Positions 24,853-36,880 of a stretch of 64,000 nt of DNA are shown piece after piece. The stretch's first letter is position 1. The number at the start of each line of letters is the position of its first letter. Both the position numbers and the translations under genes were made by a program. This DNA comes from Utricularia gibba (Eukaryota; Plantae; Magnoliophyta), in NCBI GenBank assembly GCA_002189035.1, contig NEEC01000004.1, positions 4,092,001 to 4,156,000 on the forward strand, in the 5' to 3' direction. Below the pieces are notes generated by a model. It did not search any database. It had not been told where the DNA came from and saw only the letters and a list, made by a program, of their open reading frames with translations.

Positions 24853-27189
24853 ATGGGTAGCAAAGAAAGATGGTGCATGGTTACTGGTGGCAGGGGGTTT
24901 GCCGCGCGTCACCTGGTTGTAATGCTGATAAAAAACGGTGTGTATTCCGTGCGTATTGCTGATTTGGCGCCTTCCATCAAGCTGGAGGTGGATGAGGAAA
25001 ATGGGGTTCTGGGGGAAGCCTTGAAGTCTGGACGAGCACAATACATGGCAGCAGATCTTTGTGACAAAGCTCAAGTGCTCAAAGGTCAGTAGTGTGCGAT
25101 TTAGTTTCTGGAATTTTACAAGGTTTGGGCTCAGTCTCAAATGCTGTCAAATTCTATGTCATCGAGCCTAGCTAGGAGGATAGCTCACCCGATGTTATTC
25201 TTTGATTCGTTGTGCTATTTGGGTTGTGCTTTTTAATCGATGCTCCAAGATAAGCTCTAGTTTGATTCATAATGTAGACTTAGTTTGCTGGGCTCGAACT
25301 CTTTCTTGCATTAACTGTTAAATTAATCTCTACGACTATGCGTTTGTCATTTCAGCATGCCAAGGAGTTGAAGTTGTCTTCCATATGGCTGCTCCGGATT
25401 CCTCTATCAACAACCATCGGTTGCATTACTCTGTGAATGTGCAAGGTTTTGCGTTACAGACCAAAGAAAATTGTGAAAAGTGCTTCTTATTGTCTTCTAA
25501 CTGAGACTTTGATTTGAATCTTCCTACCCATGGCTCCTAGGAACACAAAACATTATAGATGCATGCATTGAACTTAAAGTAAAGCGGCTGATATATACAA
25601 GTTCCCCAAGTGCGGTTTTTGATGGAGTTCACGAAATACTGAATGGGAATGAATCATTGGAGTATCCTGCCAAGGTATATAATGTGTTTTCTTCTTTCCT
25701 TTGTCATTACGGATAATGTTTTAAGCTAAAGCTTAGCTTCTCTTTATCCGTATTGTAAAATGTGCCAGTGAGATTTTGATTCATCTGTCATCGTTATAAC
25801 CTATGTTTATATTTTTCTCTTCTGTTCATGCCTTATGCACACCAACTTCTCATTCCAGTGTTTAAAAACATAGGTATCTTATGGGTTGATCTTTTCAGCA
25901 CAATGATTTTTATTCAGCCACAAAAGCGGAAGGAGAGGCATTAGTTATGAAGTCAAATGGTTCAAATGGGCTCCTAACATGTTGCATCAGACCTAGCAGC
26001 ATCTTTGGCCCTGGCGATAAGTTGCTAGTTCCATCATTAGTTGATGCTGCAAGAGCTGGAAAATCAAAGGTGGATGATGATGGCCGCCTTTTCCAAACTT
26101 ATGGAATTACCTTTTACATTATGTTTTGTAACGATGCTGAACTATATTTAATCCATTTACATTCCTGTACTTGACATTCATGAATTAATGTCGTAGATAT
26201 TGTCTTTGTGTTGATATTCATGCTACTCAAAGTTTCTCTTTAATTTCATGTTGTTGAAAGCCCTCGTGTCTTATGTACTTTTTCTGGAATTCACAGTTCA
26301 TCATTGGAGATGGCAACAATTTTTATGATTTTACGTATGTTGAGAACGTTGCTCATGCCCATGTTTGTGCTGAGCGAGTTTTGGCATCAGAGGGAACAAC
26401 AGCAGAAAAAGCTTCTGGACAGGTGATTGTCTCTCTATCATGAAGTTCTCTTGAACATGAGGAATCTATACTTCTGATTTTCCATATCCATGCAGGCATA
26501 CTTCATCACAAACATGGAGCCAATAAAGTTTTGGGTGTTTATGGGTCTCATTCTCGAAGGTTTAGGCTATGAAAGGTAGGCTGCTACGCTCATTTGCTTT
26601 CTAATCTTGAATCCTGTCGATTTGTTGATTGATCCTTCAATAAATTAACCATATTCTAGACGCTGGAATATGCAAATTCATGGATCTTCACAACCCAATA
26701 TGATCTTGGTTTGCTTTAGGTTATGGATTCTGCCAAAAGTTTGCATATCATATGTGTGTATGACCCTCTGCAATATGCAGGCCCAGAATAAAGATCCCTG
26801 CATCTTTAATCATGCCAATAGCTTATTTAGTGGAGCTCATCTACAAAATCTTTGCGTACTTTGGTAAGAAAATGAAGGTTCCACAGTTGACACCTTCCAG
26901 AATTCGGCTTCTATCACGAAGTAGAACCTTTGATTGTTCAAAAGCAAATGCACTTCTTGGCTACGCGCCTGTTGTTCCCCTTCAGGTTCGCATGTGCCAC
27001 CAACCTATGATCCCTTGGCTAGATATTAATTTCGTCAAGCAAGCCGTTTGATGACTTTCTTGGAGTGTAATTTTTTTTTTCCCATTCTGATAAATATGTT
27101 CATATCTGCAGGAGGGCCTCAGGAGAACCATAGAATCATTCTCACACTTGAAGGCTGATGCTCAAACCGCATCCAAGAAACTGCAGTGA
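24853..27189 (+). CDS. 3BETAHSD/D: 3beta-hydroxysteroid dehydrogenase/C4-decarboxylase (sterol C4-demethylation), 8 exons
   Basis: TGGRGFAARH NAD-binding motif; YSATK catalytic YxxxK; RPSSIFGPGD; DFTYVENVAHAH; all exons join in frame; ends SKKLQ*. Confidence 0.95.
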
Positions 27190-27979
27190 ATCCACTGTGC
27201 ATTGAAGAACCTGCAGTGTGTTGCTTGTGATTTCTAGGGCTCTATGTGATGGTCGTTTGTTGAGGCTTCAGTCTGCAGGAATAATCCCAAACAAAGACCA
27301 TATTTTTTGCTTTTTTATATCCAATGGTGTGTGATGAGGCGTCAACCACAAATAATCTTACATTCTCATTTTATTGAAAATGACAGAAGTATTCTCTCAT
27401 TTGCATATTATTCACAGTTCTCTCAGAATACAAAATGATATTCTACTTGAGACTGGTTACATTGATCAAGATTTTGGTACCAAAGTTCCTATAGATTTGA
27501 TATTTTACAAAAGGAAAGTGAACTCTATATCTTTTCAAAGCATCATGAGATATGCAGAGTGATTTTGACAGAAAACACAAAAACAAAATCAAGTCAAAAT
27601 GGGACTCAGAAACTGAGGTCAAGTTGGAGTTGACAATGTTTACTGCAACAAGATTTTCTTGTTTGCAATTTTAAGGATTCACGGAAGAGGGTTGAAGCAA
27701 TATCTCTGTCCCATCTCATCTTTTTCTCCATCACTTTGATTTGATTTGATGGTTAAGATTGCAATCCAGTAAACAAAAGAAACCCCAGTTTTAAAAATTT
27801 CTCCACTTCAATTTCACCAAGCTTCTGCAACTCAAGTTACCCTAAAGAATATCCTGAGTTTTCCACAGCCCTCTACAGGAACCAAAAGATAACATGGTGA
27901 GGCTGTGGTTAAAAGTGAAAGCTGTGAACTTGTAAACCGATAATATTTTTTTAACAGTTGGGTCGTCCCAAAATCAAAT

Positions 27980-28031
27980 CCTTTTTTGCTGTGCCTTGAG
28001 AAAGTTCCTTGTCTGTCACTCCCATAATAGA
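27980..28031 (+). promoter_or_regulatory. Two one-mismatch CArG-like motifs in GLO promoter
   Basis: CCTTTTTTGC (27980) and CCATAATAGA (28022). B-class autoregulation through CArG boxes is established, but these are imperfect matches in AT-rich DNA. Confidence 0.3.
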
Positions 28032-28135
28032 AGAATGCCATTACATTAGCTTCCTAACGCATCATTCATACCTCCTCATCCACTCCTTTTTATTCTTCTC
28101 GTTTTTCACATCTTCTCCAGGAAGAAGCTGAAAAG

Positions 28136-29620
28136 ATGGGTAGGGGGAAGATTGAGATCAAGAGGATTGAAAATTCTAGCAACAGACAAGTGACTTACTC
28201 CAAAAGAAGAAATGGCATCATGAAGAAAGCTAAGGAAATAAGCGTTCTTTGCGATGCCAAAGTTTCTGTTATCATCTTTGCTAGCTCTGGGAAGATGCAC
28301 GAGTTCTGCAGCCCAACTACAACGTTTGTGTTCTTCTTTCCTTTATATTTTCTTCTTCTTCTTCTTTGGGTATCTTGGTTCTTGTTTTTTTACTTGAAAT
28401 TCCAATCTTTTTATTGTTTCTGATGCTGAAGATTGGTTGATGTGTTGGATCAGTACCATAAGCTTTCTGGGAAGAGGCTCTGGGATGCAAAGCATGAGGT
28501 ATATGTCAAAAGAAAACCAAACCCTAGAATTTTTTAAGAGAATTTACTGTACGGACATGAGGATGGAATATGTTGGAGAAAAATGTTTTCTTTAGCTTCT
28601 GGGAATCATTTAAAGGATGAAACTTTGGAAGATCCGTGTTGTATAGCTTCCTCTTCCAGCAGATCTGGATTTGACCTTTTTTTCTATCATTTCTGGGTAT
28701 TTTTGGTACTTTTTCTATCATATACATGCATGAGATGTTACATCTATGAACAGATCTGGCAAAAAAATGGCCCTCTCTCTTTCTTTCTATTTACTTGCAA
28801 AGCTCAGGAGTGAATACTGGAGTTTCTTAGCACTAGAAAAGCAAAAGCTCCATTGATTTTGTTTTGGTTCCTTTCTCCTTTCACTTGAGAAGCCTATGCT
28901 TCATGTCATGTTACTGACTGAAAACAGCATTTGGACAATGAAATCAATCGAGTCAAGAAGGAGAATGACAGCATGCAGATCGAGCTGAGGTTCTCATACC
29001 AGAGACTTCCCCTTTTTTTTCATCATGTTTTTATTCTTTGTGGCTCCCCTTTGTAGGCACATGAAGGGAGAGGATATCTCAACCTTGAACTACAAAGAGC
29101 TCATGGTTTTAGAGGACGCTCTAGAGAACGGCATGTCCGCTCTCAAGGCGAAACAGGTGCCTTCGCTTTTCCTCTCAAGCTATACTAACAGCTCCATGGC
29201 TGAATCTGAATTCTCTGTTGATGTTTGACAGATGGAGGTTGTGAGGATGATGAGGAAACATGTAACACAAACAAACTCTTCTCATTATTCTCTGTTATGG
29301 TGATTAAACTACTTTGCTGTGTAATTTGCTGACACGGGGTCCTGGCTTTCAGAATGAAATGATAGAGGAGGAGAATCAGAGTCTCCAGTTCAAGCTGGTA
29401 TTTGTTACAAGAGCCCTCTAGAATTTACAAACGCCATTCCTAGAAACTTGTGAATGTTTATGAATGTGGGCAGCGCCAACTGCAGCTGGAGCCCATGGAG
29501 GAGAACCTGATCGAGAACCAGGGGGTGTATGATCATCAAGCCATTGCGGACTACGAATCCCAGATGCCCTTCACCTTCCGCGTGCAGCCGATGCAGCCCA
29601 ATCTGCAGCAGCGTTTCTGA
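28136..29620 (+). CDS. GLO: B-class MIKC MADS-box protein GLOBOSA/PISTILLATA, 212 aa
   Basis: MADS box [27 protein letters not shown]; exons of 188/67/62/100/30/45/147 bp; LWDAKHE; C-terminal PI motif [18 protein letters not shown]. Confidence 0.97.
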
Positions 29621-31029
29621 GAACTCCGGACGCGCGCACGCTGCGACTGCTGTCGTCGTTATTACTAATACTGAGAACGAGCACTCTCGTGGCCTGAACT
29701 TGATTTGCTCGATCTGTTTTAGATGTTCTTCTGAACGCAAACGACAAGATGTTTCTTCATTTCATGCAACAAACGTAGGGGTTTCTTAACGCACCTTAAT
29801 CTAGAAACCACCAGTTTTTTACTTTCATTGATATAAAAATGGTTATTGTTTTTGCACGTATTAAAATTGAATAAATTCAATGAATTGTTCTTTTTTTAAA
29901 AAAAAAAAAAACTAACTAATTTTCATTTAAATTTATTATATCACTCGATATTTTATCATTGAGATTTATATAAAACTAATGATCTGTGGTTTAATTTGAA
30001 GTTGTATTTCAAATTATATAAAATAGAATCAATTTTAAAATTATATGAATAGAATTATTTTGAAATAATTTTCAAATATTCAATAAATTTAATAAATTTT
30101 TAAGTTAATCACAAAAGCTAAAATTTATGATGTTACTATAAAACAGTAAAAAATTAAAATCTTTAAAAATTATATAAAATTGATTCAAAAAATTATTGAA
30201 ACATAACATACCCTAATTGTCGTTCGCACATTCATATCTATCATATTTCGGATACTTAAGATCTTTAAATATATGTCTCAATTCCTGATGATCGAGATCT
30301 TTAGGGTCTAAATCTCTCTTAATATGACCACGGTATGTATTTTGATAATTTGAAAACTGATTTTAATCAAGGGACTGAAGGAATCCTGGAGCAGGTTGGG
30401 GTAGGTATTTAAACTCTGTTGGAAGGTTTCCTCTTTCATGTTCCAGAAACCCTTCCTTTCCGATGACGTACTTTCTGTTCCACCAAAAGACTACAAAGCA
30501 CCTCCCCTTCATAAAAATGAGAGCTTTTTTTCTTTCTTCTACGCTCCAAATTCCCTTCCTGTGGATCCTGCACCTTGTAAACTGAACCCAAAGGCTCTGG
30601 GTTATAGTTCTGTACGACGGAACCATACTTGAAACATGAAACAAAGCAAAGGGGCCTTGTGTTTCTAAAACCTGGTTGAAACCAAACCGAGAGCATTCGG
30701 TTATTGATGTGGATGATCGAATCATAGCTGAACACAAACAGAGTCTTGTTATAGTACTTGCGCCGCTGGCTCAAAGACAGACACACCAGACCGTGGGGTA
30801 AACGGGCAGAGTAATAAGTAAGCATCATAAGACTAGTGTAGTGCATGCTGGGCATTTGTTCTGCATGTTTATGTCTATGAAGTGTAAATTAACAGGTTCT
30901 TTATTTGGAGAATGTAATATGAATAGCCAGCTACAAGCACCAGAGACAGAGCCTTCAAATGGAAGACATGGTTTGGGGTTTTGAGATTCTGGTAACCTGT
31001 AGCGCAAAAACAAGATGATGATACCAGAG

Positions 31030-32196
31030 TCAAGGGAGGGTCCTCTGGTAAAGAGGCAACGCGCCAAGGGCTTCTCGTTCAGCTTGCTCTCTCTTAACCT
31101 GCAACGTCGAAGAAAAGGTATATGGATGTGCGGGGGAGAGATAAATCATGGTGTTTGTTGTTGTTTGACATCAATTTGCCTATAAGCTGGATTATCAATC
31201 CAATGATATGATCCCAGCCACCTGATTCCCTAAGAAGAGAGTGATTCTGAAAGCTTATGGCTTTCATGAAAAAACACGAGAACTTACCAGAGCCAGCATT
31301 GGCTGAAGGTAGGTCCTATATGGGGTCTGCAGAGCCTGTCAAAGAACAATGATTTTGTAAGTGCAACTAAAGAAACAATATGCAAAGAAAAATCCTAGCC
31401 GTCCATATCTGCAGATCACAACAGACGGCATTTGAATGAATGATGGTAAATCCATGCTAATGCTAGCACCCCATTATCCTGCAGGGTGGGAACTAATCAA
31501 AATTGAACAAAATCAGCTGACTTTGGTTACTTCGGGAATATCATCTCTGAGATACACTAAGAGAGCTAACAGCTACGTCTCCATGTTCAAGATGTTTACA
31601 GATGATATCATTCATGGTCAGCATGTATCGAGAATAAATGCCACAAGAATTCCCTATAGCAATTGTATCACACTTGATGTGAATTTTTATAAATGTCTTT
31701 CTATCCAATGAAAATCAGTGAACTCTTATTCTTTTCGCTTCCGCCCCACGTTGAGCAGGAGTTGCAAAATGAAAACTTTATCTAATCGCGTGAAATATCC
31801 ACGGATACGACAGCCAGTCATACCCAGAGCATGAAACAAAACATAAAAATTGAACGAATACCTGGAGATCTTCAGGAAGGTAGCTGTGCTTCATGGACAG
31901 GTCCATAGCCCGTTTAAGGCGCTGATTTCGCGCATCGACAACCTCCTTCGGAAGCCGACTCAGCGCCTCCTTGATGTCCAGTTCGTACATCGGGTCATAC
32001 AAATCATCAAGGCGAAGCCCTAATTTCCGGCATAAAGAACTCCTTCTATCATTCACAAATCGGCGAATGACAAAATCAATCTCACAAAAAGCACAATACC
32101 GTATTTCCGAAGGCGATTGGCGACTGCGTTCGAGTGAACTCTCGCCAGCGGATTGCGAGTTGGGTCGACGATCCATTTCGATGCGGAACCCCCCAT
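31030..32196 (-). CDS. QCR7: Cytochrome b-c1 complex subunit 7, 123 aa, 4 exons
   Basis: MGGSASKWIVDPTRNPLARVH...RLRKYG|LRLDDLYDP...ALSRLPKEVVDARNQRLKRAMDLSMKH..Q|ALQTPYRTYLQPMLAL|VKREQAEREALGALPLYQRTLP*. Confidence 0.96.
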
Positions 32197-32799
32197 TTTT
32201 TCACACTCTCAGAATTCTTTCACACCTCTGCGATTCCCAATCCACAAGTGACTTGTTCTCTATTTTTAATGTATATGTGAATAAATGACTTTAAGTATAT
32301 AAAATTTAATTAGCATATATTTTATATAATTATTTAAAATGTTAAATATATAAATTGTTTATTCATATCAATTTAAAATATTAAATATGATGACATCTCT
32401 ATTCTCTCGTCTCTAATATTGATACTTAATAAGTTATATAATTTTCATTAAATTTAATAATAAACATTTGATTTGTTTGAGTTTTTTAATAGTTTTTCAA
32501 TTTCAAATCCAATAATATATCATATGACACAATCTTCTATAAGAATTAGATTAATATGAGTATAATGATGATTATATATATATAATTAGAATAATTATAC
32601 TTACATACCAAATAACATAATTTTATTAAATTGATAAACCAACCTTCTACTTTTATATCAAACAATATCTAATAATTTTTTTGATTCATGGTGATGATCC
32701 TTGTATAAGAATTTATGATCATATTCATATCTCATGTTGATTTCAGTAAAGACACAATTTGCTGCCACTACCTCCTTTCAAACAATGCACATCGATCGA

Positions 32800-32890
32800 T
32801 CAGCGCTTCAATGCACTCCTGACGGTAGTCGTTTCATCCAGCATTTCAGAATAAGACACCTCCGGAGAAGACACCTTTCAAGGACATCAT
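32800..32890 (-). ncRNA. Candidate box C/D snoRNA-like motif set
   Basis: C ATGATGT, D' CTGA, C' TGGATGA and D CTGA in canonical order over 91 nt; weak terminal stem; no target recognised. Confidence 0.2.
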
Positions 32891-33532
32891 CGTCCTTGGC
32901 GTTCTGCATCCTGTTGGATCACAAGAGAACGGATCAAGGTCTGCATTAAACTAGTACGGTGACACTGCCCAGTTGAAATGGCCAACTTCTTCATACTCAT
33001 CTGGGCCAAGTTCTCTCTCCGCTGCATTCTGGGAAGAGCATGTTCCCGTAGCTCGCTGCCACTTACTTGGCCTTGTCATTCTGAGTAGCCAGCCCCAGAG
33101 CTAAGAATAAATCTAGTCTTTTCCCAGCCTGCAGGCTTTGCCATCGACAAATTATTCTTATGGGATCACAAGGAATTCAGTTCTCCATAACTTCGACGGA
33201 TTCCAACAGCTGTGTAAGCAAGTTTCTAACGTAAATTACAGGTCCGAAAGATTTATAGTGATGGCTTAAGAGTCCTTCATTAACCTGAATATGTCTTTTG
33301 TTGATGCTTGTACAATTACCGAGGCTACCTTAACGAATCCGAGCATACAAGATTATTTGAGTAGCGGGTAGACTAACGAACATCTCCTCATTAGGTTCAC
33401 CTCGGTATTTGCACAGGTATCAGTTAAAGTACGTACACAGGATCAATGAAAATACTCTAGGGCCAACCAATCTTACTTCACAAAGCATGCAAGTTTTTCG
33501 AAATATGGGAAACAAATACCTTACTGCAGTAG

Positions 33533-35512
33533 TCACCAGTAATCACCACACGAGCAACTCCCACCCTCAAAATGGTGGTACCGATTTGTATCCCTCACTA
33601 TGATCTGACGTGCAGTAATCTCAGAAATGAGCTTGATGGCAATGTGGCAATCATCACACACTCTAAGGTTTTTGGTGATCCTGATTGGTGTCCCGGGCTT
33701 AGTATTTATAAGAGCAAACACTATAGCCAACTTCTCACTGTGGACTATCAAGTGGTTTTCTTTGTCTTCCTCCTCAACATCGTGCAGTGTGTTGTCCATT
33801 TTCGGAAGATACCCCGCTGCTTTCATTTTGACAAGCAGCACATCCAGTTGTTCGTAGATGGTGTCTGACTGGGGGTGATACCTATCACCAGCAAGAAAAG
33901 TGTGTACCTGTCCATGGAGTTCAACATTGCTAAGGCCAGGTACTTTCTTGACTCCTTTCTTTTTCATGATCGAGCGGACTAGCATTACGTCTCTCCATCT
34001 CCCTCCTTTGGCATAGATATTTGATAATAGAACATAATAACCTGACTGCGTGGGAGCCAGCTCGAAGAGGTGATCTGCTGCTATAACCCCAATATCAATG
34101 TTGTTGTAGACATTACAAGCATTTAGCAGGGCCCCCCAAACCCTGTCGTTAGGTTCCATTGGCATCTCCTTTATGTGATGATATGCTTCCTCCACTCGAC
34201 CAGCACGCCCAAGGAGGTCAACCATGCACGTAAAGTGTTCTAACCTTGGAGCTATCCGATATTCTTCTGTCATTAATCTGTAGAATCTACGTCCTTCTGA
34301 CAACAGTCCAGCATGGCTGCAAGCTGATAGAATCGAAACGAAAGCTACAGAGTCTGGAACATGGCCTAATGCCAGCATCTTAGAGAACAAGTCGACAGCT
34401 TGGTCACCCTTACCACTCCTACCGTATGCCGACATCATCGAAGTCCATGAGATGACATCCTTGACCAGCATCTCCTCAAAGACCAGCCTAGCTTCCACTA
34501 AACATCCGCATTTAGCATACATGTCAATTAAGGCATTCTCAAGAGGCAAATTTGGATGCATTCTCTTCATCTTAGCATATTCATGAATACGTTTTCCCAA
34601 TGAAACAGCAGAGAGGTCACCACAAGCAGGAAGAATAGAAGCCAAAGTCATTTCATCGGGCTCAATCCCATAAGCTTCCATTTCTAAATAACTGCTGACT
34701 GCTTTTCCAGGCATGGAGTTATTAACGAATACTGCTATCATCACATTCCATGCCACTAACTCCTCTTTATCCATATTTGAGAAAATCTTTTCCACAAAGT
34801 TCACATTTTCTATGCTAGTGTGTGTGACAGCAGGTAAAAGGCTAGCCATTGATCCAGGATCAGGTTTCAAACCTGACAACTCCATTTCTTTACACACTTC
34901 TAGTGCTTTATCAAAATGCCCATTTTGAGCATAGCCCGCCACCATAGAATTCCATGAAATGATATCCCTACAAGGCATTTCATCTAGAACCTGTCTTGCA
35001 TCCATCAAATTGCCACACTTTCCATACATAGCAACAAGACCATTACCAGTAAATACAGTTAAATCAAGACCCATCTTCAGTGAAGGACAATGGACTTGCT
35101 TCCCAAACCTCAAATTACCTGATGCTGAGCAAGCTTTCAGAATGCAAGGCAACGTGTAGTGATCAGGTATAACACCACACATTAGCATATTTTTATACAT
35201 CAAAATAGCACCCATGTAAACGCGATTATTGACATAGCTTCTAATCATGACATTGCAGATAACCGTGTTTCTCTCAGGAGTTGTGTCAAACACCTTGCGA
35301 CAGATGTCTGGTTTCGCGCAGGCTGAGTATGCCCTCATTAACTTGACGGCAAGAGAAGTATCTTGGTAAAAACTTGGTTCACAGACAATCTTTAAATGAA
35401 CCTTTTCAAGGGTCTTGATGTCTGGATTACTGTCAAGTATCTGTATTATGCGTGCCAGGAACTGTAAGCTCTGTCTGGGAGCCAAATGAAGTTCCTTTGG
35501 AGCTCGTAACAT
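33533..35512 (-). CDS. PLS-class pentatricopeptide repeat protein, DYW subgroup (organellar C-to-U editing factor), 659 aa
   Basis: Intronless ORF with PPR repeats, E/E+ domains, HSEKLA...CDDCH zinc motif and terminal DYW; closely resembles Arabidopsis At3g49142/PCMP-H77 (recalled). Confidence 0.96.
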   Translation of the reverse strand: MLRAPKELHLAPRQSLQFLARIIQILDSNPDIKTLEKVHLKIVCEPSFYQDTSLAVKLMRAYSACAKPDICRKVFDTTPERNTVICNVMIRSYVNNRVYMGAILMYKNMLMCGVIPDHYTLPCILKACSASGNLRFGKQVHCPSLKMGLDLTVFTGNGLVAMYGKCGNLMDARQVLDEMPCRDIISWNSMVAGYAQNGHFDKALEVCKEMELSGLKPDPGSMASLLPAVTHTSIENVNFVEKIFSNMDKEELVAWNVMIAVFVNNSMPGKAVSSYLEMEAYGIEPDEMTLASILPACGDLSAVSLGKRIHEYAKMKRMHPNLPLENALIDMYAKCGCLVEARLVFEEMLVKDVISWTSMMSAYGRSGKGDQAVDLFSKMLALGHVPDSVAFVSILSACSHAGLLSEGRRFYRLMTEEYRIAPRLEHFTCMVDLLGRAGRVEEAYHHIKEMPMEPNDRVWGALLNACNVYNNIDIGVIAADHLFELAPTQSGYYVLLSNIYAKGGRWRDVMLVRSIMKKKGVKKVPGLSNVELHGQVHTFLAGDRYHPQSDTIYEQLDVLLVKMKAAGYLPKMDNTLHDVEEEDKENHLIVHSEKLAIVFALINTKPGTPIRITKNLRVCDDCHIAIKLISEITARQIIVRDTNRYHHFEGGSCSCGDYW

Positions 35513-36880
35513 CTTTCATCGTTTTCAAAGAAGAGAACCTGATGTAACACATGTAACTCTTCCTCTTCTAAACTAGTAATGCTCCATAAAACCCATCAAA
35601 GTCTCCTTCATATAACCTTCTAATGAATGCACCAGTGTTCTCTCTTGAAAGTGAGCAACATAACCTGAGTTTAGGATACATCGCTGTGGAATGTTAGATA
35701 CCACATGTGTCCCACAAGAGTGATAGTTCTTTGTGTAATGCCCCTTAAAAGAGCGTGTATCCTGCAGATAGAAGCAGCATTTTAGTTACATAGTAAGAAC
35801 ATAACAATTAATAGCGTCTTTCAACCCATTGCCAAATAGAAAAAACACCATGCTTCTTTAGTAGTATTTCATTCCGGACTTCCATCGAGCACCTGGCGCG
35901 CAATTACAACGAAAATATTTTAAAACCAACAGCCATCTGAACATACTCGCAGAGTGGCCGACGGCCGCTCCCCGGGAATAGACAGCTTGATCGTCAGCCG
36001 GCGTCGTAGTCGGACTGGCTGGAGACACGCTCGCAGGCCGCAGCAATAGAGATTGCAAACCGTTTGAAGCTCAAAGGTCTTTAATTGCATAATTCCTTAT
36101 TTCCAGTGAACCAATTTTTATTCCCAAAATTTAAAATAATAATGGATGGAATTTATAAATTCAGTATAAATAGTTTAATTTATAAATTTCAAAATTATGT
36201 TATAAATCATTAAATTTATTTTTAAAAAAAAAATTACTCTAAATTTATAAAATTACATATTTAACTTTTCATATTATCAAAACTAACTGGTTTTGATGAT
36301 AATATTATTATAATAATGCATTATACGAGACGCAATATAAAAATCATCATTTTAAATCATATGAAATATAAATACAATATAACCATCGTTACTTAAATTA
36401 TACGAAATACAAACACGATATAATCATAACAAAAATATCATTCAACTCACTGAAACTTTATACTTAAATATGAAGATTATTAACATGAAATTTTATTGAA
36501 TTTGAAATCAAAGCTAGTTCACAAAGTTATGTTATTTGTTTATTTTTTAAAAATCTTGAAAATCATTTAAATCTGTATTGCACAGTTATGATAACTCAAG
36601 TTATTTTTTTTTGTAATATTAAAATTTTAAAATTAAAATATTTATATTGATTTAAACTTCATTTGATTGCATCAGCCCTTTCTATAAACAGAATTGCTGG
36701 TCCACAGACCACATGACAGGAAATACTCGAAAATAAGTGAATCTAAAAATAGCAAGTCCATCCACCCACCCCTCTTCAACCTGCCTTGGAAGTTGGTCGC
36801 GTCTGTCAGTGACGGTGCTTCCTTTTCCTTCTCATGGAGAACCATGGATATGAATAGTATCATCGACTTCTCCTCGTTTT

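Noticed and set aside
2688-29620. F-box cluster near GLO as an S-locus or heterostyly supergene
   Set aside because: The F-boxes are LRR/FBD type, not SLF/FBA or Kelch type. There is no S-RNase or CYP734A, and GLO looks like a standard gene among housekeeping neighbours.
33260-33335. Short matches to 25S rRNA (TTAAGGTAGCC; also GGGTAAACGG near 30806)
   Set aside because: Only 10-11 nt, not positioned next to a D box and with no extended rRNA homology; consistent with chance.
35858-36058. 66-aa ORF upstream of the PPR as a separate gene
   Set aside because: It crosses apparent leader splice sites and begins at a non-ATG codon; better explained as PPR 5'UTR.
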